The position numbers and the translations under genes were made by a program. From the NCBI GenBank assembly GCA_009780115.1, contig WRAQ01000011.1, forward strand, positions 3,586 through 67,585: a stretch of DNA of 64,000 nucleotides, in the 5' to 3' direction. This DNA is from Lachnospiraceae bacterium (GTDB lineage: Bacteria > Bacillota > Clostridia > Lachnospirales > Lachnospiraceae). The notes beneath the pieces are model-generated. The model ran no database searches. It was not told the origin of the DNA and saw only the letters and a program-made list of their open reading frames with translations. Below, in pieces: positions 28,715 through 36,655 of this stretch (position 1 is its first letter; the number at the start of each line of letters is the position of its first letter).

Positions 28715-29500
28715 TTACCCATATCGTCCTGTTATATAATCTTCGGTACGTTTGTCTTTAGGGCTTGAAAACATATCCCCGGTGGGCCGGTATTCGACCA
28801 AACGCCCGATTTTTTCGTCATCAATCATAAAAAACGCCGACATATGGGAAACCCTCGCGGCCTGCTCCATATTGTGCGTTACAATAATAATCGTGTACTT
28901 TTTCGCAAGTTCAGTCATTAAATCTTCGATTCTCATCGTTGATTCAGGGTCCAATGCGCTGCATGACTCGTCGAATAAAATAACTTCCGGTTCAATTGCA
29001 AGGGCGCGGGCGATACATAATCGTTGCTGCTCACCTGCTGAAAGGCCTAAACCGGGTTTGTTAAGGTTGTCTTTGACCTCATCCCAAAGCGCCGCTTGTT
29101 TTAGGCTCCGCTCAACGATAATATCAAGGTCGGCTTTTTTCTTAATTCCATGGTGCCTTGGCCCAATAATAATGTTTTCGCGGATACTCATCGGAAAAAT
29201 ATTCGGTTTTTGGAAAACCATTCCGACTTTTTTGCGCAGTTCAACGACATATGCATCTTTGGCATAAACATTTTCATAATTAAGTAAAACCTGGCCGTTA
29301 ATCGTAACACCAGGAATTAAATCATTCATGCGGTTAAAAAGGCGGAGAAATGTCGATTTGCCGCATCCGGACGGGCCGATAACAGCAGTTATTGAGTTTT
29401 CATAAATATCAGCGTTAATATCTCCAAGAGCATGGCTTGTACCATAAAAAAGATTGACACTCTTGGTTTTTATCTTTACTTTTTTTTGCGTATTTTCCAT
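28715..29500 (-). CDS. pstB: Phosphate ABC transporter ATP-binding protein PstB (canonical Walker A/B, deviant signature LSAGE)
   Basis: Walker A GPSGCGKST (29351-29377), Q-loop VFQKPN, Walker B ILFDESCSALD, H-loop VTHNMEQA and C-terminus EDYITGRYG. The signature reads LSAGEQQRL. Confidence 0.9.
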   Translation of the reverse strand: MENTQKKVKIKTKSVNLFYGTSHALGDINADIYENSITAVIGPSGCGKSTFLRLFNRMNDLIPGVTINGQVLLNYENVYAKDAYVVELRKKVGMVFQKPNIFPMSIRENIIIGPRHHGIKKKADLDIIVERSLKQAALWDEVKDNLNKPGLGLSAGEQQRLCIARALAIEPEVILFDESCSALDPESTMRIEDLMTELAKKYTIIIVTHNMEQAARVSHMSAFFMIDDEKIGRLVEYRPTGDMFSSPKDKRTEDYITGRYG

Positions 29501-29535
29501 TGTTACATCCGTTATATTTAATAAATACCTGATAC

Positions 29536-29564
29536 ATTATAATATGGTTTAAAAAAAAATACAA
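29536..29564 (-). promoter_or_regulatory. Candidate sigma-A promoter for the pst block
   Basis: On the minus strand: TTGTAT (29559-29564), a 17-nt spacer made largely of a T9 run, then TATAAT (29536-29541). It lies about 35 nt upstream of the pstB ATG. Confidence 0.35.
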
Positions 29565-29598
29565 TGAGAATTTTTTACGATTACGGTTAACGGATGTT

Positions 29599-31200
29599 TT
29601 ACGATTTACAGTTGTTCCTTATCCAACCTACTTCCGGATTTGCAGGTTCGGTTTTCGTTTGGATTTTGTGCGGCGGCAGCCAGTTTTCCAATATTCGGAA
29701 AAGATCGCCGGTGTTAACCGGCTTGGACAAAAAATCATTGAACCCGTTTGCTAAAAACATCTCACGCACGCCCTGAACCGCATTCGCCGTCAGAGCGATA
29801 ATCGGAAGAAACTCATATTTTCCGCCCATTGCCCGAATCCGCGCGGTCGCTTCTATACCATCCATTTCCGGCATCATATGATCCATAAAAACGATGTCAT
29901 AATCGTTTTTCTTGATAAGTTCAATTGCCCTAAATCCGGAGTTTATCCGTTGGGCGTGAATGTCCAGCATTTTTAGAAGGCCGCACATAACTGTGAGATT
30001 AGAGCCAATATCGTCTACTACTAATATTTTCGCATCAGGGGCATATATTGCGCGGCTTTCACTTATCGCTATTTTTTCCTCAATCCTATTCTTGCAGCCC
30101 GGTACGATCGGCACGGTAACGGTAAAGATGCTGCCCTGCCCATAAACGCTCTTAAAAGAAATATTACCGCCCATCATTTCAACGAATGATTTGCTGATAG
30201 AAAGGCCAAGGCCTGTCCCGACGATACGGCGGTTCTTCGATTTGTCCGCCTGCTCAAATGCGCTGAAAAGTTTTGACTGATCTTCCTCGCGGATTCCCAT
30301 TCCGGTGTCCTCCACCTCAAAGATGAGCGAGCCGTCTGATGCGGATATATCAAGGCGTACATATCCCTTTTCGGTGAATTTCACAGCGTTCCCGATAATA
30401 TTCGTCAAAACCTGACGGAGCCTTGTATCGTCGCCATATAAAACAACGGGTAAATCATTTCCGCGCTTAAGCCTTAACTCCAGCCCCTTTTTTTTCGTGG
30501 TATAGGAAAACATCTTTTCAATTTGGTCTATAAATGTATTAAAATCATAGTCAATAGGTTTAAACTCCAGCTTACCTTTTTCGATTTTGGAAAAATCCAA
30601 TATGTCGTTTACGATTTCAAGAAGCGCCTTGGACGATACGGCGATGTCGTTGGCATACTCCTTTTGGGATTCGCTTAATTGCTCGTTAAGTAAAAGTTCT
30701 CCCATGCCGATTATGGCATTCATAGGGGTTCTTATTTCGTGGGACATATTTGAAAGGAAGTCGCTTTTTGCCTGATTTGCCTTCTGCGCTTCTTCTAAAG
30801 ATGCCGTTAAAGCTTCGTTCATTTCAAACATTTCGATCTGATTCATCACCCTTAACTTGATAATAGATGGGGAAAAAGGTTTTCTTATATAATCCACAGC
30901 GCCAAGTGCCAATGCTTTTTCCTCACTTGCCGCATCGGTGCGCCCGGTGATAAATATTACAGGGATATCCTTTGTTTTTTCTGATTTTTTGAGGGCGGCA
31001 ATTATATCAAAACCATCCATATCTTCCATTTGGATATCAAGCAGTATTACGTCAGGTTGCTGCTCTTTTGCCACTGCGAGAGCATCCGGCCCGTTTCCGG
31101 CCGCAAAAATAATACAGTTCGGCCTAAGAGCATTGCTAATCTCCATAATATTGACTCTTTGATCATCAACGATTAAAACACTGTGTTTTGAGTTTTCCAT
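29599..31200 (-). CDS. Soluble hybrid sensor kinase (REC-HisKA-HATPase-REC)
   Basis: N-terminal receiver (LIVDDQ...ILLDIQMEDMDG). H-box SHEIRTPMNAI. N/G boxes (NAVKFT, DTGMGI, GTGLGL). C-terminal receiver (VFMDHMMPEMDG). No TM segment. Confidence 0.85.
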   Translation of the reverse strand: MENSKHSVLIVDDQRVNIMEISNALRPNCIIFAAGNGPDALAVAKEQQPDVILLDIQMEDMDGFDIIAALKKSEKTKDIPVIFITGRTDAASEEKALALGAVDYIRKPFSPSIIKLRVMNQIEMFEMNEALTASLEEAQKANQAKSDFLSNMSHEIRTPMNAIIGMGELLLNEQLSESQKEYANDIAVSSKALLEIVNDILDFSKIEKGKLEFKPIDYDFNTFIDQIEKMFSYTTKKKGLELRLKRGNDLPVVLYGDDTRLRQVLTNIIGNAVKFTEKGYVRLDISASDGSLIFEVEDTGMGIREEDQSKLFSAFEQADKSKNRRIVGTGLGLSISKSFVEMMGGNISFKSVYGQGSIFTVTVPIVPGCKNRIEEKIAISESRAIYAPDAKILVVDDIGSNLTVMCGLLKMLDIHAQRINSGFRAIELIKKNDYDIVFMDHMMPEMDGIEATARIRAMGGKYEFLPIIALTANAVQGVREMFLANGFNDFLSKPVNTGDLFRILENWLPPHKIQTKTEPANPEVGWIRNNCKS

Positions 31201-31221
31201 ATAATTACCTCTTCTCTATAT

Positions 31222-33573
31222 TTAATTGATACCCATATCGGTTAGTTTCGCAGCTATTTGCCTTAAGTTCATATTGCCGAGGGCTTCTCGCAGCCAATCC
31301 ATAAAACCGTCATCGGACTCGTACCGGTACTTTTCTATTTCCTCTATCGCGGCATCCAAATCATCCATATTAAAACTTCTGCAAGCATTGCGAAGCTTTG
31401 CCAGCGTTTCTTTGTCGGGTTCACTTTTCACCGGCTTGGGGTCTTCGGAATCTATATCAAAAAACATTGTGTCCAAGCTGTCGATAAGTGTTTTGACGGC
31501 TTCAAGGAATACCGGGTTACTTTTTCTCACATATGAGATATCATCACTGTTAGATGCTTTTTCAAGGGCTTTTGCCAAATCGCCGATTGACCGGGCGCCT
31601 ATATAATAACTCGTACCCTTGATTCCGTGTACGGTTATCTTATATTTGTCCAATGTGGTTTCATCCACGGATTCTATGACCGGGAGCTGAGAGCGGACAT
31701 TGATAGCGTATGAGCGCAGAACTTGTATATACGCTTTTTCGTCGCCGCCCATATTTCCTATTCCGTCGTTTATATCCAGCCCGTTGATATTTTTGTCAAA
31801 TAATAGTGCTTTCACTTTTATATTCTCATCCGGCTGCATACTTGCTCTCCGCAAAGCCGCCGCTTTCCTTGCTTTTTCGATTACTTCCGGTGTCTGTTTA
31901 TCCCGTATCATTTTATTGAGCAACTTGTTCAACTGCCTTAAATCAATCGGCTTGGACAAATAATCGTCAAAGCCGTTTTCGAGGAACAAATTCGCTTGTC
32001 CCGCAACGGCATTTGCCGTAAGTGCCACGATTGGGTGCTCATAACCCAGGCTGCGGATATGTTTCACCGCTTCTATTCCGTCCATATCCGGCATCATATG
32101 ATCCATAAATATGATATCGTATGCTTTACCGCTCTTGATTTTCTCGATTGCCGCATAACCGCTGTCGGCAGAGTCGACTTTTAATTCGTAAGGGGCTAAC
32201 AACCCTTTGGCAACGTATATATTCGGAACTACATCATCAACGACCAATATCTCGCCGTATGGCATCGGGTCCCGCGTTATCTGCACTCGTTTCATCTGCG
32301 CTGCGCTGCTCGTTCGGAATTGCCGCAGATTTTCAGCTACTTCATGGCCAAGCAAGCCGGAGCCAACACGGCCCTGCGGCAGGCGTACGGTAAAAACCGA
32401 ACCTTTGCCTTTTTCGCTTTCTACGGCAATTTTCCCGTCCATCAAACAGATCAGATTTTTCGTGATGCTCATACCAAGGCCGGTGCCTTCAGTCGAACGG
32501 TTGGCTTCTTGATTGAACCGCGTATATTCATCACCGATCATTTTTATTTGCTCTTCCGTCATACCTTGCCCGGTATCGCTGACCGTGACGGTAAGAATGA
32601 TATCGCTGTCCTTTTCTGCGCTTGCTTCTGATGTTACGATTAATTTCACAAGGCCTTCCGGTGTATATTTAAAAGCGTTGGAAAGCAGATTATTCATGAT
32701 TTGTTTGACACGGAGTTCATCACCCAAAAGCTGCGCCGGAACATTTTCATCGATATGAAGTTCAAATATGATGCGCTTACTTCCGATCCGCATCATATTA
32801 AGTTGTACGGTGTCGCTTACCAAACTTGCAATTTCATACCTGTCGGGCACCAGTTCCAATTTGCCGGCCTCTATCTTGGAGAGGTCAAGGATATCATTGA
32901 TGATACCAAGCAGCATATCGCCCGATGTATAAACCATTTCTGCCGCCGCTCTTGTTTCGGCATCGAGGATGTCCCGCTGCAGTTGCATTTCGGCTATACC
33001 GAGGATAGCATTCATCGGCGTTCGTATCTCATGGGACATATTGGCAAGAAAAACGCTCTTTGCTTTACTGGCGTTCAAGGCGGCATCTTCCATGTTTTTG
33101 CGTTCGGTAATATCGTGGGCTATTCCGATGATTCCCACCATTTTGTCTTTAATGACGAGAGGAATTTTGTTGATTTCAAAAAGATGCTCTGTTCCGTCTT
33201 GAGCGGTGAGATATTGCTCGAATTTGATTGGCCGGTTTTCCCTGATAATCGTTATATCTATTTCTCTGAATTTATCCGCTATTTTTTGGGGAATTCCGAA
33301 ATTGGCAGAATCGTCTTTTCCAATTAGGTTTTCGCTTGTGAGATTAAAATATTTCAGCATGTTTTCGTTGCAGTGGGTATATTTTAAGTCCATATCTCTA
33401 CAAAATATTAAATCGGGAACCGAGTCGAACATCGTTTGCAATATGCTTCTCTCGTTTTCCAACTCGGCGATGCGTTTTTTTATCAGTGAATCAAGTTGCC
33501 GCTTTTCGCTGTTTTTTTTCGATTTGAAATGATTCATTCCCTTTTTAAATATATTACTATTAAGGCTTTTCAT
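31222..33573 (-). CDS. Soluble hybrid sensor kinase (PAS-HisKA-HATPase-REC-HPt)
   Basis: PAS-like region. H-box SHEIRTPMNAI. DTGQGM/GTGLGM. Receiver IFMDHMMPDMDG. C-terminal HPt motif VHGIKGTS. RBS GAGAGG before ATG 33573. Confidence 0.85.
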   Translation of the reverse strand: MKSLNSNIFKKGMNHFKSKKNSEKRQLDSLIKKRIAELENERSILQTMFDSVPDLIFCRDMDLKYTHCNENMLKYFNLTSENLIGKDDSANFGIPQKIADKFREIDITIIRENRPIKFEQYLTAQDGTEHLFEINKIPLVIKDKMVGIIGIAHDITERKNMEDAALNASKAKSVFLANMSHEIRTPMNAILGIAEMQLQRDILDAETRAAAEMVYTSGDMLLGIINDILDLSKIEAGKLELVPDRYEIASLVSDTVQLNMMRIGSKRIIFELHIDENVPAQLLGDELRVKQIMNNLLSNAFKYTPEGLVKLIVTSEASAEKDSDIILTVTVSDTGQGMTEEQIKMIGDEYTRFNQEANRSTEGTGLGMSITKNLICLMDGKIAVESEKGKGSVFTVRLPQGRVGSGLLGHEVAENLRQFRTSSAAQMKRVQITRDPMPYGEILVVDDVVPNIYVAKGLLAPYELKVDSADSGYAAIEKIKSGKAYDIIFMDHMMPDMDGIEAVKHIRSLGYEHPIVALTANAVAGQANLFLENGFDDYLSKPIDLRQLNKLLNKMIRDKQTPEVIEKARKAAALRRASMQPDENIKVKALLFDKNINGLDINDGIGNMGGDEKAYIQVLRSYAINVRSQLPVIESVDETTLDKYKITVHGIKGTSYYIGARSIGDLAKALEKASNSDDISYVRKSNPVFLEAVKTLIDSLDTMFFDIDSEDPKPVKSEPDKETLAKLRNACRSFNMDDLDAAIEEIEKYRYESDDGFMDWLREALGNMNLRQIAAKLTDMGIN

Positions 33574-33678
33574 AAGCAGAACACACCTCTCTCTTTCTAA
33601 TATTAAATTATCACATTTATCGATGAACACAAACAAGATGTCGGCAGTGATTTTTTATGCCATATTTAACTAACACAT

Positions 33679-33700
33679 TTTACACACGTTCGTGTGTAAA
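33679..33700. promoter_or_regulatory. Perfect 10-bp inverted repeat (candidate operator) in the divergent HK / LuxR control region
   Basis: TTTACACACG-tt-CGTGTGTAAA. Confidence 0.35.
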
Positions 33701-33747
33701 GCTTATCATTGATATTTATCATTTTAATTGCTTTTAATCCGTCAATC

Positions 33748-33776
33748 TTGACACGAAAAACAGAGCATATTATAAT
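33748..33776 (+). promoter_or_regulatory. Consensus-like sigma-A promoter for the MalT/LuxR-type regulator
   Basis: TTGACA (33748-33753), a 17-nt spacer, then TATAAT (33771-33776). About 30 nt upstream of ATG 33807. Confidence 0.5.
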
Positions 33777-33806
33777 AAGGCATTAAATTGCTTTACGGGA
33801 GTAGGA

Positions 33807-36359
33807 ATGGCAAATCATAACATTATTAATAAATATCTCATTACTTCAAGTCATTTAATCAGGCGGCGCATCAATGAATTATTGGCGGATGCTGTTAAAA
33901 AACCCATTGTAACCGTATGCGCGGGCGCCGGCTACGGAAAAACGCAGGCTGTTTTGGATTTCCTTGAACAACAGGATGATCTGTTCTTTTGGGTTCAATT
34001 CAGTGAGCGCGATAATACCGCGGTTCGTTTATGGGAAAATATTGTCGATTCAATTTATCGTATTGACCCTGTTATGGCTAAACAATACCGAGAGATTGGA
34101 TTTCCCGATACGGCTGATAAAGTGGATAAATTCATAAATTTTAGAAACGATACTTTGATAAATAACCCTTATATAATCGTTTGGGATGACATTCATTTGC
34201 TGAAAGAACCTTCGGCGCTTCGTCTTGCTGAAACTATAATCAATAAGTTATTGCCGACTAAAAAGATGATTTTAATTGGGCGTGACTTACCTGAAATCAA
34301 TATGATAGCACTTGATTTAAAAGGCCATGTTTCAAACATACGCGAAGCAGATTTGAACTTTACCGAGAACGAATTGAAAGATTATTTTAAGAAACTTAAA
34401 CTGACTGTTGACAGCCATACAATGCATAAAATATATTCCGATACGAAAGGCTGGGTTTTCGCGATAAACCTTATCGCGCGCTCACTCGAAAGATTCCCTA
34501 ATTATTTCGGATACATCCGAAATACATTCAAAAAAAGCATTTTAAAACTAATGGAAGCCGAATGCTGGAATTCAATTTCCGAACAATTAAAATGTTTTTT
34601 AGTAAGACTTTCTTTAATAAGCCATCTTTCCGTCGAGCTGGTTGAAATTTTAGCCGGAGAAGATAAGAATGTATTGTCTGAACTAAAAAACGCAAATACC
34701 TATATTCGGTTCGACAATTATTTAGATACTTATCTTATCCATCATTTGTTTTTGGATTTTCTAAACACAAAACAGGATATATTAACAGATGAAGAGAAAT
34801 ACAAAACCTATGAAGCGGCGGCTGATTGGTGCAGCCAAAACAATTTTAAAATCGATGCACTCAATTATTACGAAAAAATAAGCGATTATGAATCCATAGT
34901 ATCCATATTTATTTCACTTCCGTTAGATATGCCCTACGACATAGCACTATTTGCGAAAGGGATATTCGACCGCGCTCCCGCGGAAACATTCGACCAGGTG
35001 CCGTATTTCGCCTCGTTTCATATCAACGCCGTTGTGAACCTTGGAGATTTGCGGGAGTTTTATTCGCTGGCTGATTTCTATGAACGCAGATTAACCGCGC
35101 TGCCTGAGAGCGATATAATCCGCAACAGTACGCTAGTCGGCTTGTACTTTTGTTTAGCATCAGTGCGCTCGGCATTTTCTTACGATGGAAATTATGATTT
35201 TGATGTTTATTTTGCCAAGATGTTCGACTGCCTGACGGAAGAAACTTTTAATTTGCTCCCGCCGTTCGACGTTCCGCGTGCGCCTTGGATTAATCTAGCT
35301 TTGTCTTCCGAAAAAGGGGAACCGCAGAAATTTATAGAAGCTATAATCCGATGCGATAAAACCACGGCCCGTTTTTCGGGCGGTGTAACAGTGGGCGCGG
35401 ATTTATTAGCCCAAGGTGAATTATTATTTTATCAAGGCAAGGTTAAAGCGGCAGAACCCTTTGTTGTAAACGCGATTGAAAACGCAGCAAAAAGAATGTC
35501 ATTTGAAACCTTACACAGAGCATTATTTTATTTAATGAGAATAGCTGTTGCGGAGGGAAATATTAAGAAAGCTGAAACAGCTCTCTGCGATATAGAAAAT
35601 CTGCTTAATGAAAAGCGATATTACAAAAGATATTCATCCTATGATATTTCAATAGGTTGGTTTCAGTATATCCTCCGCCGCCCGGAAATGTTTCCCGAGT
35701 GGCTGATGGAAAAGTTTTCTCCTTATGCACATCCTTCTTCCATAGAAAATTTCGGGAATCAAATAAAAGCCCGTTATCATTTTCTGACAAAGAATTATCT
35801 GCCGCTGTTAAATTACATCAGGGAACTGAAAAACAGAGAATCATTTTTATATGGCCGTATAGAAATGCTGGCGATGGAAGCTTGCGTACATTACAAAATG
35901 AAAAATAAAGAAATGGCATGGAAATCTTTTAAAGAAGCTTATGAAACGGCAATACCGAACGATATCCAAATACCTTTTATTGAACTTGGCAAAGATATGC
36001 GGTCGCTTATAATCGCAGTTCTGCGCGAACATCCGGGCGACTCTGCCTTATGTATCGGCATCCCCCGCTCATGGCTTGAATCAATAAAGCATAAAACGAT
36101 TTCATATTCAAAAAGCCAATCACTGTTTATTAATGAATATCAAAAGAACGATAGCTGCGTTAAAACTTTGACTCCTCGTGAAAAAGAAGTTCTGTCTTAT
36201 CTTTACAACGGATTTTCGCAGCCCGAAATAGCCAATCAATTAAATTTGTCGGTTAATACTATAAAAATGGTCACAAAAATTCTTTATAATAAGCTTAATG
36301 TACACAAAATATCCGATCTTGTCCGTATAGCCGCAGAACAGGGATATACCCAGTTTTGA
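33807..36359 (+). CDS. Large ATP-binding LuxR-family (MalT/LAL-type) transcriptional regulator
   Basis: Walker A GAGYGKTQ near the N-terminus. Long helical/TPR-like middle. C-terminal LuxR HTH (LTPREKEVLSYLYNGFSQPEIANQLNLSVNTIK). Confidence 0.85.
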   Translation: MANHNIINKYLITSSHLIRRRINELLADAVKKPIVTVCAGAGYGKTQAVLDFLEQQDDLFFWVQFSERDNTAVRLWENIVDSIYRIDPVMAKQYREIGFPDTADKVDKFINFRNDTLINNPYIIVWDDIHLLKEPSALRLAETIINKLLPTKKMILIGRDLPEINMIALDLKGHVSNIREADLNFTENELKDYFKKLKLTVDSHTMHKIYSDTKGWVFAINLIARSLERFPNYFGYIRNTFKKSILKLMEAECWNSISEQLKCFLVRLSLISHLSVELVEILAGEDKNVLSELKNANTYIRFDNYLDTYLIHHLFLDFLNTKQDILTDEEKYKTYEAAADWCSQNNFKIDALNYYEKISDYESIVSIFISLPLDMPYDIALFAKGIFDRAPAETFDQVPYFASFHINAVVNLGDLREFYSLADFYERRLTALPESDIIRNSTLVGLYFCLASVRSAFSYDGNYDFDVYFAKMFDCLTEETFNLLPPFDVPRAPWINLALSSEKGEPQKFIEAIIRCDKTTARFSGGVTVGADLLAQGELLFYQGKVKAAEPFVVNAIENAAKRMSFETLHRALFYLMRIAVAEGNIKKAETALCDIENLLNEKRYYKRYSSYDISIGWFQYILRRPEMFPEWLMEKFSPYAHPSSIENFGNQIKARYHFLTKNYLPLLNYIRELKNRESFLYGRIEMLAMEACVHYKMKNKEMAWKSFKEAYETAIPNDIQIPFIELGKDMRSLIIAVLREHPGDSALCIGIPRSWLESIKHKTISYSKSQSLFINEYQKNDSCVKTLTPREKEVLSYLYNGFSQPEIANQLNLSVNTIKMVTKILYNKLNVHKISDLVRIAAEQGYTQF

Positions 36360-36370
36360 ATGAAATGGCG

Positions 36371-36393
36371 AAAACCGCATATTCTGCGGTTTT
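36371..36393 (+). terminator. Rho-independent terminator after the LuxR-type gene
   Basis: AAAACCGCA-tattc-TGCGGTTTT, starting 11 nt after the stop codon. Confidence 0.7.
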
Positions 36394-36399
36394 CGTTAA

Positions 36400-36483
36400 T
36401 GCGGAAAAAGGGACTTGAACCCTCACGGCCTAGTGGCCACAAGATCCTTAGTCTTGCTCGTCTGCCAGTTCCGACATTTCCGC
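36400..36483 (-). tRNA. tRNA-Leu (type II, long variable arm) with anticodon read as AAG
   Basis: The reverse complement folds as a canonical cloverleaf. Acceptor GCGGAAA/TTTCCGC plus A73. Anticodon stem CAAGA/TCTTG with loop CTAAGGA. Variable arm GGCCACTAGGCC. T arm GAGGG-TTCAAGT-CCCTT. No encoded CCA. Confidence 0.85.
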
Positions 36484-36528
36484 TTATCAGGGCCGTCATC
36501 AGACGGCCCTTTTATATTGCCAAAAAAG

Positions 36529-36557
36529 ATAATATCATTTTGAGCGCCAAAAGTCAA
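36529..36557 (-). promoter_or_regulatory. Near-consensus sigma-A promoter for the tRNA-Leu gene
   Basis: On the minus strand: TTGACT (36552-36557), a 17-nt spacer, then TATTAT (36529-36534). The leader contains hairpin GGGCCGTC-tgat-GACGGCCC (36492-36511). Confidence 0.5.
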
Positions 36558-36655
36558 TAGTTTTTTTGTACAGAGCCGCGGAAAATGAATTTTTGCCTTT
36601 GATACTTGATTTCAGAAACGCGGCTCGCATAGCGGGCAAGGCTGAAAATAGCCTC

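Noticed and set aside
32701-33327. 208-aa plus-strand ORF, and several shorter ones, inside the 804-aa hybrid kinase gene.
   Set aside because: They are antisense to a kinase with intact PAS, H-box, N/G-box, REC and HPt motifs. There is no independent support.
36284-36560. ORFs 36284-36499 (minus) and 36360-36560 (plus).
   Set aside because: They run through a terminator hairpin and the tRNA-Leu gene, so they are spurious.
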